The notes under the pieces: generated by a model
Seen by the model: only the letters and a program-made list of their open reading frames with translations
Databases searched by the model: none
Told to the model about the DNA's origin: nothing
Shown here: positions 29,901 through 38,658 of the stretch, in pieces
Numbering within the stretch: the first letter of the stretch is position 1
How the letters are laid out: each line of letters begins with the position of its first letter
Source of the DNA: Candidatus Binatia bacterium
GTDB taxonomy: Bacteria; Desulfobacterota; Binatia; HRBIN30
NCBI GenBank assembly: GCA_038245295.1
Contig: JBBRSP010000042.1
Location: 1-39,473, forward strand
Direction of reading: 5' to 3'
DNA length: 39,473 bases
Made by a program: the position numbers and the translations under genes

Positions 29901-30038
29901 CGCGGCGAGACGACGGTGCGCGGGTACCGGGTGAAGCGGCGGTATCAGGCTGTGTCTGCCGAGGATGCGGAGATGAGGAAACAGGCGATCGCGAAGGTCT
30001 TGGGTGGAAGGACGAAGGCGCGCAGAGAACGAAGCTAA
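26919..30038 (+). CDS. VirD4/TraD-HerA family (type IV coupling-like) ATPase with C-terminal PD-(D/E)XK-like domain
   Basis: RHAYLIGASGTGKS (Walker A), GVLDPHGDL, LYIDEFHNF (Walker B), SAARKYRLGLVLAHQ, RICFRVG; after a Pro/Glu linker, EHKYLQ...E...SVDVSLEKGERKIACEISVT. Confidence 0.9.
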   Translation: MADRTAPVPTTTELLTAQFYDWERRGRGWQVYDEPVVLEPPYRPFHRYVPVLPSGARPPDDGRRETFASSLVSLVKNLVTPQPPSQTVFREAEPGVEGADDLEEPRTELSIVLPADEDVSREAAEQLVLSLSTCPSVIGFEMIGTPSSISVQISCREAEAVPIAQQITAYFPEAVIEEHQDVLVQSWQDAGWHERFIIDFGLSNEFMRPMRTFKNFGVDPLIAIAGALSDVRSGEVAVLQVLFQSCRHSWSESIMRAVSDGMGDSFFADDPQMMKLAKDKISRPLSAVVIRAGAKAATEGRAAKLVRGLARALGQLAEPASNELIPLTNDEYDDDAHEFALLNRATHRSGMILNTEELVSLVHLPSASVRLAKLERERQKTKAAPSTVIGHELVLGENRHAGKTVTVSLNQEQRSRHAYLIGASGTGKSTLLLNMIIQDIRNGQGIGVLDPHGDLIDAILGHIPESRYDDVVLLDPSDDQFPVGFNILSAHSELEKTLLASDLAAIFRRFSTSFGDQMQAVLSNAILAILENERGGTLLDLRRFLTEKSFREEYLRSVTDPEISYYFHREFPLLKGNPQAPILTRLNTFLRPKPIRYMVAQREGLDFGSIMNDGKIFLAKLAHGLIGEENSYLLGALLVTKFHQLAMGRQEMAAAGRRPFTLYIDEFHNFVTPSVASILSAARKYRLGLVLAHQEMRQLWDQDANVGSAVLTNPCTRICFRVGDWDAKKLAEGFSSFNATDLQSLGVGEAICRVERAEHDFTLKTNAPTVVDPTLAETRREEVVRRSRAHYARPRPEVEGILAAARTDALPADEPKIAAKLSTTTEARRVEPPEAEAPPRTVAGSAENTGHTPPEKKIRPAVVSPPVLGRGGREHKYLQHLVKRLAEDRGYRAVIEAPILAGAGSVDVSLEKGERKIACEISVTSETDHEIDNIQKCLAGGYETVVALSSDPKTVRRLKERATLILEPETLERIRFLQPEDLVLFLDELAAGEARGETTVRGYRVKRRYQAVSAEDAEMRKQAIAKVLGGRTKARRERS

Positions 30039-30093
30039 TTCATGCATCCGCATCCGAACGGGAAGAGTTGCCATCCCGCGAGTACTAAGTCCA

Positions 30094-33000
30094 CTAAGTC
30101 CCGGCCACAGGTATCCGACGATCGACGCACTCCAACAGATCATCCAACGGACTCGCCTCTATCGTCCGAAAGCCACCCAGGAGCCGTTTTAATTCGTTGT
30201 ACTCTCCTAACCATTTTGCGCGCTCTGCCGGAGGAAGCGACTGCGAGCCCTGGACTGCGACTTCGCCCGCGATCGCCCGCAACCAGCGAAGCGCATCGCG
30301 GACCTCGTACCACTTCGTGTCTCTGAACCCGCTAAACGGCTTAGTCAGTTGTCGGGCGCCGCTCTTTCGAAGAGCGGAAACCTCCCGAAGTATACCCGAG
30401 CAAGCCTTTTGGCTGCATCGCACCAACGTCCAAGCGAAGACGCACGTCAGTTGTTCGTCAGTGGGTGCGTAGAAGTGCTCGCTTGACATGGGGTTGACCG
30501 AAAGCATCGTGTCTATACGCCCTTTTAGGATGCTGAACCACAGTGCCGCGACCTCTTCCCAGCTCAACCGACCGATCCGCACAAGCTCCGCGAAGAGGTC
30601 TGAGGTTATCGACGCCGCCCAGCTTCCCTCTATGGGGCCGCTAAGCCGGCGGGCGAGTTCTCGTAGCCCGTGTTTATCGATCGTGGGCGGCCACGCCTTA
30701 GCTATGCCGGCGAACACTTGACGACAAACTTCCTGAGCGCGTTCGTCCTCGACGCCCGCATTCCGATTGGCAGCGATTCGCAGATGCCACACCCATTCGC
30801 ATGCTGCCAGAAGGCACTCTTCAGGATAGAGAATCCGCAACGATCCCAGAACCGTCTCCGCGTCTGCGCTCCCGCCTATGAGCTGCTGGACGCCGATCGC
30901 ACGAAAGAGCGGAACGCGTGCCCGTAGGAGAGCAGATATCACGTCTGGCGACTCAATGCGGTCAAGCAACACGGAGACGATAGTGGCGAGAACGTTGGCC
31001 GCAGCCCACATCACTGGATCGTTGTCGTCTCCGTCTCTCCACCTTGGATACTTCCCGTGAATGCCGTCGCACGCAGACACCAGGGAACTGGGAGAAACAC
31101 GGGTGAGAAGCGCAGCTGCATAGTGAAGGCCCCAGCACTGTCCTGGGCAGTACAGCCCATCGCGAACCAGGTAGAATGCCTCGTACAGAACCTCCCCAAA
31201 GGGGCGGCGGAATAATAAATCCACTCTTCCTGACAATTCCTGCGAGAGCATGAGCCCTCTTACGCCTTGCGGCGGGTCCAGGTTAGGTGCCTCCCCCAAA
31301 TAGCGCTTGAGATTGCCGCTGAAGGCAGGGACGTCTGACGACGCCAGCTGCTCCAGTAGGTCATCCGCGCCGGGAAGGTGTGCCAACCACCATCCGGCCG
31401 CGCTCCATAGTCGAACGAAAGTGGCCTGGTCGCTTTCGGCTAGAACGCGCGCAAGCCCGGTCGGCTCGGAACTCGCCTCAGCTAGCATGAAGCGATCATC
31501 TCCCTCGAGCATCCTCAGCCGGCGAAGGTAATCCTTCAATGCACCTTCCTGGAATTCGGCTAGGTTTGGATCCCCGAGGAGTACAGAGAAGAATTCCGCT
31601 GCGTACGGTACCCACTGGTTTGGGGTCAACCCGACGTTCGCGACCCGAGAACGAAGTATCGAGGATGAACAGACTTCTCTCACCTCGGACTGCCCGTCCT
31701 TCTGTGGTTCGATCAGGTCGCTCGTGTAGGATGCAATGCTCTCGATCACATCGGAAGGAATCGGTGTGACCAACAGTGGGTAGTTCTTCGTCGCGTTCTG
31801 GATGGAATTGGAAAGGTGGTACCCGGTTCGAACCTGATTGCCGGAAAACGTCAGAATATAGCGGTCATGGACTTGTGCGCCACCAAGGTCCAAAATTGTG
31901 AACTTCAACGGATACAGAACTGCACTCGACAAAATGCAGGCACGCTCGATCTGTAGTGCTCTGGAGGAAGACGCACTCCCAGGGATAGCTGCCTGACGAC
32001 GAACGTCAGCAGTGTCACCCGCGCAAAACGATTGAACGTCTTGTGCTTCCTCGTCATCGTTCGAGGGGAGCCGACAGGTCGTGAGGACCACATACTCAAT
32101 CTGCGTCGCCCGCGATCGAGCGAGAATCTCAGTAACGCCAGCGGCAGCAAAATACGGATCGACGAGAAGGAGTGCCGTCACCGAAGGATCATCGGTGAGC
32201 TCTTGGAACCACTCAACGAAGCCAAGCACGCCTGGTTCTCCGGCGGCCCACCCGCGAGGGAAAAACTTGGCTCCAGAGCTCGCTGGGAAGAGTCGATGCG
32301 CAAAGTCCCTGACTTGTCTCTCCGCCGCCTCCCAGGCAGATCGCTTCTCAATCTGCGAGGTCTGATAGAAGATTTGGCTTAGGGAGCGTACCTTATCCGT
32401 CCGTTTAGCGATGTCTTCGCGAGCTGTCTTCAGGGTGCGCGTCCAGTCAGATTCAACACGCCCCTGTAAGCCGGCGATGCCCGTTTGGATGGAAATTGTC
32501 TTGATTACAGGGACAACGGTCTCGTACCAAACGCTCCAGGCCTGTTCGTCCTCGGTCGAACTCCAAACCGTGACAAGGACGCGGCTGGCATCATCAGGTG
32601 CGAGGAAGACAATTGCCGCCGCGCCAACCATTGTCGTTCGGCATTCATCACCCGCAATCTCGTCGCCGACGTAGAAGCGGCAGCGAACCAAACAATTCGG
32701 TCTAAGAAGCGGTGCATCGGAGCGAATGCCAATCTGTACCTGCGACCACTTGGGCTCGCCAATATCTGTCGTGCGAACGAAATCAATGTCAACATAACCG
32801 TTTTCGCGCTCGTCAGCGGCGGCAAGAGCGATCCACTCGATGTTGCCGAGTCGTTTAGAGTCTGGGCCAACGAAGTCGAGGTGGGTCTCTCGGCGGAGGT
32901 ACTCCAAGCACTTCTCAGCCATCTGATCCGCACCAGGTAGCGGTTGCTTAGCCTCGGTCGTCCACAAGTCACTTTTATTGAGCCTTACGAGAGCAACGCT

Positions 33001-33543
33001 GAATACTGCTTGGGTATGAGAGGGACTGTTCAAGGGGCGCATCGACTCTAGGATACCGTGGTTCACTTTTGGGGGTTCCAGAAACCGCACAGGCCCGACG
33101 ACGAATGCTCGCTCAATCTCAGCGGCATCCAACCCCAACCGGAACAACGCATCGCGTTCAGGGGGCGTGGGGGCACCAGACGCTGTGCATGCCTCGCCCA
33201 AACTCTGTCCGTCGCAAAGTGCACGGATGCAGGAAGAGATAACCTCACTGCTATCGTTTAGCACCAACCGGCGAAGGCGATAGGTGTAGTCTTTATCATC
33301 GGGCTTCCATTTGTCACCCTTTGCTTCAGACCAGGATCTCTCAGCAGGGAACGGAGAGCGAATGATCCACCCGTACAACAGCCGTCCATCACTGCGGCCA
33401 TCAGTCTCCAGTTCGAGTATCCAAATGCAGAGGGAGCATTTGGCTGTCGGTCCATCAGGGTGGAGGCTAGCGAATCGTCGATCCTGACGGATTCGGTCGA
33501 GCCCGCTTGAGATCCGGTTCTGGGTGGTGGTCCGTGTCGTCAT
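30094..33543 (-). CDS. Large VPA1262-like protein with central PLD-fold nuclease-like domain; candidate defence protein
   Basis: N-terminal LLYGW motif; central LLLVDPYF...VHDRYIL...GYHLSNSIQNA...YPLLVTPIP; helical C-terminal region; lower GC than the ATPase gene. Confidence 0.7.
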   Translation of the reverse strand: MTTRTTTQNRISSGLDRIRQDRRFASLHPDGPTAKCSLCIWILELETDGRSDGRLLYGWIIRSPFPAERSWSEAKGDKWKPDDKDYTYRLRRLVLNDSSEVISSCIRALCDGQSLGEACTASGAPTPPERDALFRLGLDAAEIERAFVVGPVRFLEPPKVNHGILESMRPLNSPSHTQAVFSVALVRLNKSDLWTTEAKQPLPGADQMAEKCLEYLRRETHLDFVGPDSKRLGNIEWIALAAADERENGYVDIDFVRTTDIGEPKWSQVQIGIRSDAPLLRPNCLVRCRFYVGDEIAGDECRTTMVGAAAIVFLAPDDASRVLVTVWSSTEDEQAWSVWYETVVPVIKTISIQTGIAGLQGRVESDWTRTLKTAREDIAKRTDKVRSLSQIFYQTSQIEKRSAWEAAERQVRDFAHRLFPASSGAKFFPRGWAAGEPGVLGFVEWFQELTDDPSVTALLLVDPYFAAAGVTEILARSRATQIEYVVLTTCRLPSNDDEEAQDVQSFCAGDTADVRRQAAIPGSASSSRALQIERACILSSAVLYPLKFTILDLGGAQVHDRYILTFSGNQVRTGYHLSNSIQNATKNYPLLVTPIPSDVIESIASYTSDLIEPQKDGQSEVREVCSSSILRSRVANVGLTPNQWVPYAAEFFSVLLGDPNLAEFQEGALKDYLRRLRMLEGDDRFMLAEASSEPTGLARVLAESDQATFVRLWSAAGWWLAHLPGADDLLEQLASSDVPAFSGNLKRYLGEAPNLDPPQGVRGLMLSQELSGRVDLLFRRPFGEVLYEAFYLVRDGLYCPGQCWGLHYAAALLTRVSPSSLVSACDGIHGKYPRWRDGDDNDPVMWAAANVLATIVSVLLDRIESPDVISALLRARVPLFRAIGVQQLIGGSADAETVLGSLRILYPEECLLAACEWVWHLRIAANRNAGVEDERAQEVCRQVFAGIAKAWPPTIDKHGLRELARRLSGPIEGSWAASITSDLFAELVRIGRLSWEEVAALWFSILKGRIDTMLSVNPMSSEHFYAPTDEQLTCVFAWTLVRCSQKACSGILREVSALRKSGARQLTKPFSGFRDTKWYEVRDALRWLRAIAGEVAVQGSQSLPPAERAKWLGEYNELKRLLGGFRTIEASPLDDLLECVDRRIPVAGT

Positions 33544-33652
33544 ATCCAGTTCCTGACGAAGATCAGTGTATTGCCTGATCGCGACTGCGTCAGGCCACTC
33601 TTCCGTGAGGTTGCGTTCCGTCTCTCTAGCAACCTCGTGCTCGATATTTCAG

Positions 33653-36600
33653 TCAGTTCGACCAACTCCCGTCGCAATCACCAATCAGCAACGCCTGAAA
33701 ATCCTGGTTCTCGGCCGCTGCCGACAGCGGATCGAACGTGATGTTGCCGGGCCAGCAGGCCCCGCCCGAGATGACGGGGGGTGCCACGGATTGGTTGAGA
33801 GCAGTGTCTGGAACTGGAACGAAGATCCAGTCCGAGCCACAAGCCTCGGTAGTCGGTAAGCGCTCAATCTGCCCTGTTCGGTATTGTAGGATCAGACTGG
33901 CGTCCGCTGCGCTGATCCCGCCATCCCCTGAAGCATCGCACGCCAGCAACTGTCCCGGGTCTGAACTGACCGCTCCCGTCGCAAGTTGGAGTGCCAGAAC
34001 CGCGTCCGATGCGGTGATGCCGCTCGGGTCGCCGAGTTTTTGCGGTTGAACCTGCCAAGATCCGGCAGGGATCCCCTCGATCGTGAACTTACCATCCGCA
34101 TTTGTTTGCGCCGACAAGGCGGAGGTTGCTCCAGTCAGCTCAACCGTCACGCCGGGCACTGGAAGGGCATTGCTGTAGTAGCGAATCGTTCCGGTGATAC
34201 TGAAGGTTACTGGTGTCGGCGTCGCTGTCTGGATTGGACAGCCATTGAGAGCATTCTTCACGGCCAGCAGGATTTCATCGACGGTGATCTCGCCATCGCC
34301 GCTGACGTCGCCGGCACTGCACACGGCAACCGACTTGGTGCCAAGAGCGATGTTCGCCAGTAGGAGCAGCTCGTCGACCGTCACCTCATGGTCGCCTCCG
34401 CAATCGCCGACGCAAGGCTTCATTGTCGGCGTATCACTTGGTGTGGGCGTCCTGGTTCGCGTCGAGGTCGCTGTTCGAGGCCGCGTCGGTGTCGCAGTTT
34501 CCGTTCCCGTCGGTGTGGGCGATGGCGTGCTGGCAATCGTTTGCGTTCGACTGTGTGTCCCCGTGGCCGTGGACGTCGGCGACGCTGTGTCTGTAGGCGT
34601 CCAACTTGCGGTGACGGTTACGGTGGCGGTCAGCGTGTGGCTTGGCGTCCAAGTAGGAGAGCTCGTCGACGTCGGTGTTGGCGTAATCGTCACAGTTCTG
34701 GTTCCGGTGGGTGTCGAACTTGGAAGGGGCGTGGTCGTGGCTGTCGACGTGTAGCTTGGTGTTGCCGTACCGGTTGGGGTCCACGAGGGTGACGGCGTCG
34801 TCGAATGGGTCGGTGTCGGCGTGTCCGTCCATCGAGGCGACGGTGTCCAGGTGGGCGAGTCGATAGGAACAGAAGTCGCCGTATCTACTGGGGTTGCCGT
34901 CTGAGTTTGGGTGGCCGTACTGGTTCTGCTCGCGGTAGAAGTGAACGAAGGGACAGTCGTCGTTGTCGCCGTCACGGTCGGCGTCTCAGTTGCCGATGGT
35001 GTTCTGGTGTACGACCACGTTGGCGTCACCGTAAACGTGCTGGTCGGGCTCGGCGAAGGAGTGGGTGTTCGGGTTGAGGTATCCGTGGGGACTGGAGTTG
35101 CCGTGCTACTCGGTAGCGGCGTCGAGGTCGATGTTACGGTAAGTGTCGGGGTATTCGTAGGTGTGGCCGTCAGCGTTGCGCACGCTTGTCCCGAGCATTG
35201 GCCGTTGTTGCATGCGTCGTTGCACGTGGCGTCACTGCCATCGTCGCAATTGGCTCCGTCGGCACGTTTTAGATCCACGGGGCAATCCGCTGACGATCCA
35301 GAGCATACCTCTGCTTGGTCGCAGTCGCTGGCAGCTACCCTGCACACCGTTCCGGCGTTGCCTGCGGGGTGCTGACAGAGCGAACTGCTGCCGTTGCATT
35401 GATCAACGGTGCAGGGCTTTCCATCGCTGCTGCAGGAGGCTCCATTCGCCTTCAACTGGCAGTTGCCTGCGCAGCAGGAGTCAAGTGTGCCGTTTGCCGC
35501 CCCGGCATCGCAGCCTTCGCCGTTCTCCTGAACACCATTGCCACAAACCGGGTCCGGCTTGCAGGTGCCACCTGCGCAGCCACCTGCGCAGGCTTGATTG
35601 CCACCCCACTCCTTGCATCCGTCTCCGTTGTAGTCGGCGCATGTCTGTCGCGTTGTCGAATCAAGGCACTGGGTTCCCCCCGACAACGCGCAAAAATTGA
35701 TCGCACATCCCGATGGGTCCGCTTTGCAGTCACTGCTGCACACGAATACGCCGCAGTCGTAGCCGAACATTTGACACGTCAGGCCACCGAAGTCGGCCCC
35801 GTCGCAAGATTCGCCGGGCTCCTTCACCCCGTTCCCGCAGACGGAGCCAGGTGGCTTCGAGACGGTAAACGAAAAGCAGTCTGAAAAGGAAGAAAGCACT
35901 CCGTTGACCTTGACCTGAACCTGCCAGAAGTAGGTGCTCCCGTTTGTCAGGCTGGCAACCGTCCAGCTGGTTGCGGAGGGGAGGATGCTGGTGCCGGCGA
36001 AGAATGTTCCACCGCAACTGTCGGTACTGACGGTGATCTTGTAACTCTGAGCGTTTGCAACCGTCGACCACTTCAGGGGTGTCGACGTAGTTCCAGCAGG
36101 GAGAGAAGTTCCATCGATCGGTGAGGCAAGAGTTGGCGGCGGCGGCGCGACGGTTACCTGCTTCGGCCCAAGGGCAGCCTGCCGCTCCGTCCATGGGTTC
36201 CCCGCATTGTCGACAACATTTAGCCCATACCAGTAGTTGCCAATGGAGGGCGGAGTATCAGAAAAGTGGTTCGTGTAAGGTCCGTTGCCGGACAGGGGTA
36301 CAGTGGCGCCCGTTCCACCGGGCTGCATCCAGCTTAGGTCATTGCTCGAACCGTCTATGTTGGCTCGCCTCAACCCCACTTCCTTGAGGCCCGATCCTCC
36401 AGTGTCCGACACGGTGTAGTTGATTGTGAATGATTGACCTAGCGTGAGCGTTGAAGGAGAGACGCTGAATGCGCTGATCGTGGGTGGGGTCGTATCCACC
36501 GAACCGCAGTCTCCGCGTGATGCGGTAGTATCGCAGAAAGATGGGGCGGACATCCAAGTCAACCCTGTCCTCGAATTTACGCCAAGTTTCCGACGTGCCG

Positions 36601-37450
36601 CCAGATTAGCACTGTACACTGGAGCATCGCCAGCAAGCCAGATGCGCCATTCGTAGGAGTTCCCTCCGATATTTTGCCGCAACACGTAGAAAGGCTTCGA
36701 TAGGGGAGTTGGGTCACCCGGGTACGTAGCTCCATTCGGAGTCGCCACCCAACCCGAAACAAATCCCTGTGCGTGCCCCGGATCGACGTAATAGCACACG
36801 AGGCCTGAAACACCGCCGAACGTACAAGAGCGCACCTCAGATCCGCCAAAACTGTCAACAGACGGATCTTGAACGATATCAATCAATGAGTCTGTTGCCG
36901 CAGAGTAGATCTTGTCAAACGTGGCAGCGCATTTTGTCGTGGCATTGCAGGCTGACCAAGTTCCAAAAAAAGTAAGATATACATCGCCATTGGTATCGCA
37001 GTATCGCTGAGATATCTTGGTAACGATTGTTGAGGCGCTGTTTTGCGTGTCAAAGCGCCCGTAGCTCAAGCCTGAGCCCAGCCCGGCATCATCTAATTGC
37101 CATGGACCAATGCCCGGATTCCAGAAGGCGCGAATATACAAGCTAGTCGGGTCGCTGTTATAGTACAATCCGGCCTTTCCAACATCGTGCCGACTGAGTG
37201 TCATGGGGGAGGGCGTTCGTGTGGCGTCGGCGCCTGTAACCTCCCACCATGGTACCGACAGCGCGAGCGCAACCAGTCTATTCGTGCTAAGGTTTGCGCA
37301 GGTGTTGCTGCTTCGCGCCGCGGCAATTATGTCACTCAGCGGTTGCGAACCGAATTTGTGTACCGCGTAACATGGTGCTGACAGCGCTGCGACGCTCGGG
37401 AGAATAAGGAGTAATGCGAGAACGAACCGGCGGGTCGACAGGGACGTCAA
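33653..37450 (-). CDS. Secreted modular protein: putative lysozyme-like N-domain, Ig, FN3, myxococcal-type Cys repeats, disintegrin-like repeat, long P/T linker, dockerin, Ig/dockerin module
   Basis: Signal peptide; VPWWE...PSPMTLSR...NPGIGPWQLD; LTNGSTYFWQVQ; CGNGVKEPGESCD and CGNGVQENGEGCD; CRVAASDCDQAEVC; about 250 aa of PT repeats; CVGDCGGDHEVTVDELL and CDASGDGGISAADAS. Confidence 0.88.
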   Translation of the reverse strand: MTSLSTRRFVLALLLILPSVAALSAPCYAVHKFGSQPLSDIIAAARSSNTCANLSTNRLVALALSVPWWEVTGADATRTPSPMTLSRHDVGKAGLYYNSDPTSLYIRAFWNPGIGPWQLDDAGLGSGLSYGRFDTQNSASTIVTKISQRYCDTNGDVYLTFFGTWSACNATTKCAATFDKIYSAATDSLIDIVQDPSVDSFGGSEVRSCTFGGVSGLVCYYVDPGHAQGFVSGWVATPNGATYPGDPTPLSKPFYVLRQNIGGNSYEWRIWLAGDAPVYSANLAARRKLGVNSRTGLTWMSAPSFCDTTASRGDCGSVDTTPPTISAFSVSPSTLTLGQSFTINYTVSDTGGSGLKEVGLRRANIDGSSNDLSWMQPGGTGATVPLSGNGPYTNHFSDTPPSIGNYWYGLNVVDNAGNPWTERQAALGPKQVTVAPPPPTLASPIDGTSLPAGTTSTPLKWSTVANAQSYKITVSTDSCGGTFFAGTSILPSATSWTVASLTNGSTYFWQVQVKVNGVLSSFSDCFSFTVSKPPGSVCGNGVKEPGESCDGADFGGLTCQMFGYDCGVFVCSSDCKADPSGCAINFCALSGGTQCLDSTTRQTCADYNGDGCKEWGGNQACAGGCAGGTCKPDPVCGNGVQENGEGCDAGAANGTLDSCCAGNCQLKANGASCSSDGKPCTVDQCNGSSSLCQHPAGNAGTVCRVAASDCDQAEVCSGSSADCPVDLKRADGANCDDGSDATCNDACNNGQCSGQACATLTATPTNTPTLTVTSTSTPLPSSTATPVPTDTSTRTPTPSPSPTSTFTVTPTWSYTRTPSATETPTVTATTTTVPSFTSTASRTSTATQTQTATPVDTATSVPIDSPTWTPSPRWTDTPTPTHSTTPSPSWTPTGTATPSYTSTATTTPLPSSTPTGTRTVTITPTPTSTSSPTWTPSHTLTATVTVTASWTPTDTASPTSTATGTHSRTQTIASTPSPTPTGTETATPTRPRTATSTRTRTPTPSDTPTMKPCVGDCGGDHEVTVDELLLLANIALGTKSVAVCSAGDVSGDGEITVDEILLAVKNALNGCPIQTATPTPVTFSITGTIRYYSNALPVPGVTVELTGATSALSAQTNADGKFTIEGIPAGSWQVQPQKLGDPSGITASDAVLALQLATGAVSSDPGQLLACDASGDGGISAADASLILQYRTGQIERLPTTEACGSDWIFVPVPDTALNQSVAPPVISGGACWPGNITFDPLSAAAENQDFQALLIGDCDGSWSN

Positions 37451-38418
37451 CGACCTACCCCCCAGAGCGCCAATTCTGCATTCGTAAGTCGAGGACCTAA
37501 GATCGAATCTCCGTTGGCATAGGCAAAGTCTGCTGCTTGCGCTTGCGCGAGCGATACTTGGGCATGATCATGGAGATAGTCGCTGAAGGGTCGAATCGGC
37601 AGCCTTTCAATGTGGACGACTCGATTGTGATCATCAAGCCAGGCGCCGATAACTTGTACTTCCGTGTCTGCGCTCGTCCCGATGTTCCGGATAGATCCAA
37701 GCAGGAGGTACGGGAACGGAGGCAGTTGAGGGTCGTGAAAGGGGGGTCCCTCAACTCGCTCTCGTGTGCCGTACGGGCGATCCCATGAGGTCTGTAGGTC
37801 GTATGAGCGACTCTGGAGCGTGGCGTCGCCCCCGATGCTGTAGGTGGCTTCCCATCTCACCGATGCTACCGAACTAGTAGGTAGCAGTGAGGTTGCGACA
37901 AACGGACCTGGCTCCCCCGATCTGAGATAGGAAATAGGAAGCGATGCAGCGACAGTGCCGACTTCCCGATGCTCCGCGTCCAAGAGTGTCGCCTTGAGAC
38001 CAGTGATTGATATACTGCTATCTGTCTGGTTGCGAACCAATCCTAACGCTCCCCATGTCGGGCCGGCGTCGGTAGTCACGGTCTGCTCTAGGACGACAAC
38101 TCGGCCGTCATTGCTGTCTGGATTGAAGAAGGGGCCAGAATAGCCGACGGCGTGTTTCCAGCTGTCGGGGTCCTCGGGCGGTATACCTGCGATTGGCCCT
38201 TCCAGCGCGGGTGAGAGCTGGCGTGTTCTTGGTGATGAAGAACCAGCGGGTAGCGCTTGATGGGGCAATTGCTCTGGAGGCGCTACGATTTCTGGAACAA
38301 CGGAACTCTGCTGCTTCGGCGGGTTGTCGCCGGGTGAGCGCGCAACGAGTACGACGACCGTGATTGCGCTCAGAGCGACTAAGCCGGTTACGAGCTTGAG
38401 CTGACTAAGCATCTGCAT
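37447..38418 (-). CDS. Membrane-anchored protein with two FxLYD-like Ig domains
   Basis: N-terminal TM; GLVRNQT...LLDAEHREVG...LRSGEPGPF and GSIRNIG...WLDDHNRVV; AAGGA RBS; stop overlaps the next start by 4 bp. Confidence 0.8.
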   Translation of the reverse strand: MQMLSQLKLVTGLVALSAITVVVLVARSPGDNPPKQQSSVVPEIVAPPEQLPHQALPAGSSSPRTRQLSPALEGPIAGIPPEDPDSWKHAVGYSGPFFNPDSNDGRVVVLEQTVTTDAGPTWGALGLVRNQTDSSISITGLKATLLDAEHREVGTVAASLPISYLRSGEPGPFVATSLLPTSSVASVRWEATYSIGGDATLQSRSYDLQTSWDRPYGTRERVEGPPFHDPQLPPFPYLLLGSIRNIGTSADTEVQVIGAWLDDHNRVVHIERLPIRPFSDYLHDHAQVSLAQAQAADFAYANGDSILGPRLTNAELALWGVGR

Positions 38419-38445
38419 GTCCTTATAAGTCTACAGCATCGTCGC

Positions 38446-38476
38446 CAGCCTGACGAAATTTGAACACGTCAGGCTG
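38446..38476. promoter_or_regulatory. Perfect 10-bp inverted repeat, possible operator
   Basis: cagcctgacg-N11-cgtcaggctg, about 28 bp upstream of the 38418 start. Confidence 0.4.
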
Positions 38477-38608
38477 TGGACACCGAGCCGGTTTCGCGAC
38501 GGCGGAAACTTCCCCCCAGAAGCCGTAGACCACGTTCGTAGGCGGATGGCAACGAGGCAGGCCGAGCGGTGGCGGGGCTGACCTCTTGACTCCGCCAGCC
38601 GGACTGAG

Positions 38609-38649
38609 AAAAAAAGTGAAGAGCCGCCCGGCATTCGCCGAAGCGGCTC
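38609..38649 (-). terminator. Rho-independent terminator after radC
   Basis: Minus strand GAGCCGCTTCGGC-GAAT-GCCGGGCGGCTC followed by TTCACTTTTTTT. Confidence 0.75.
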
Positions 38650-38658
38650 GTGGCACCC

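Noticed and set aside
26919..30038. Complete conjugative T4SS
   Set aside because: Only the coupling-like ATPase and one membrane protein are present; no VirB4 or mating-pair genes are visible.
34194..35375. Val/Gly-rich + strand ORFs resembling membrane or repeat proteins
   Set aside because: Antisense shadow of the Pro/Thr linker.
832..37450. True cellulosome locus
   Set aside because: No multi-cohesin scaffoldin or recognisable cellulase in the window.
38480..38600. Possible riboswitch upstream of the 38418 gene
   Set aside because: Could not match a known aptamer consensus by eye; an Rfam/Infernal scan would decide.
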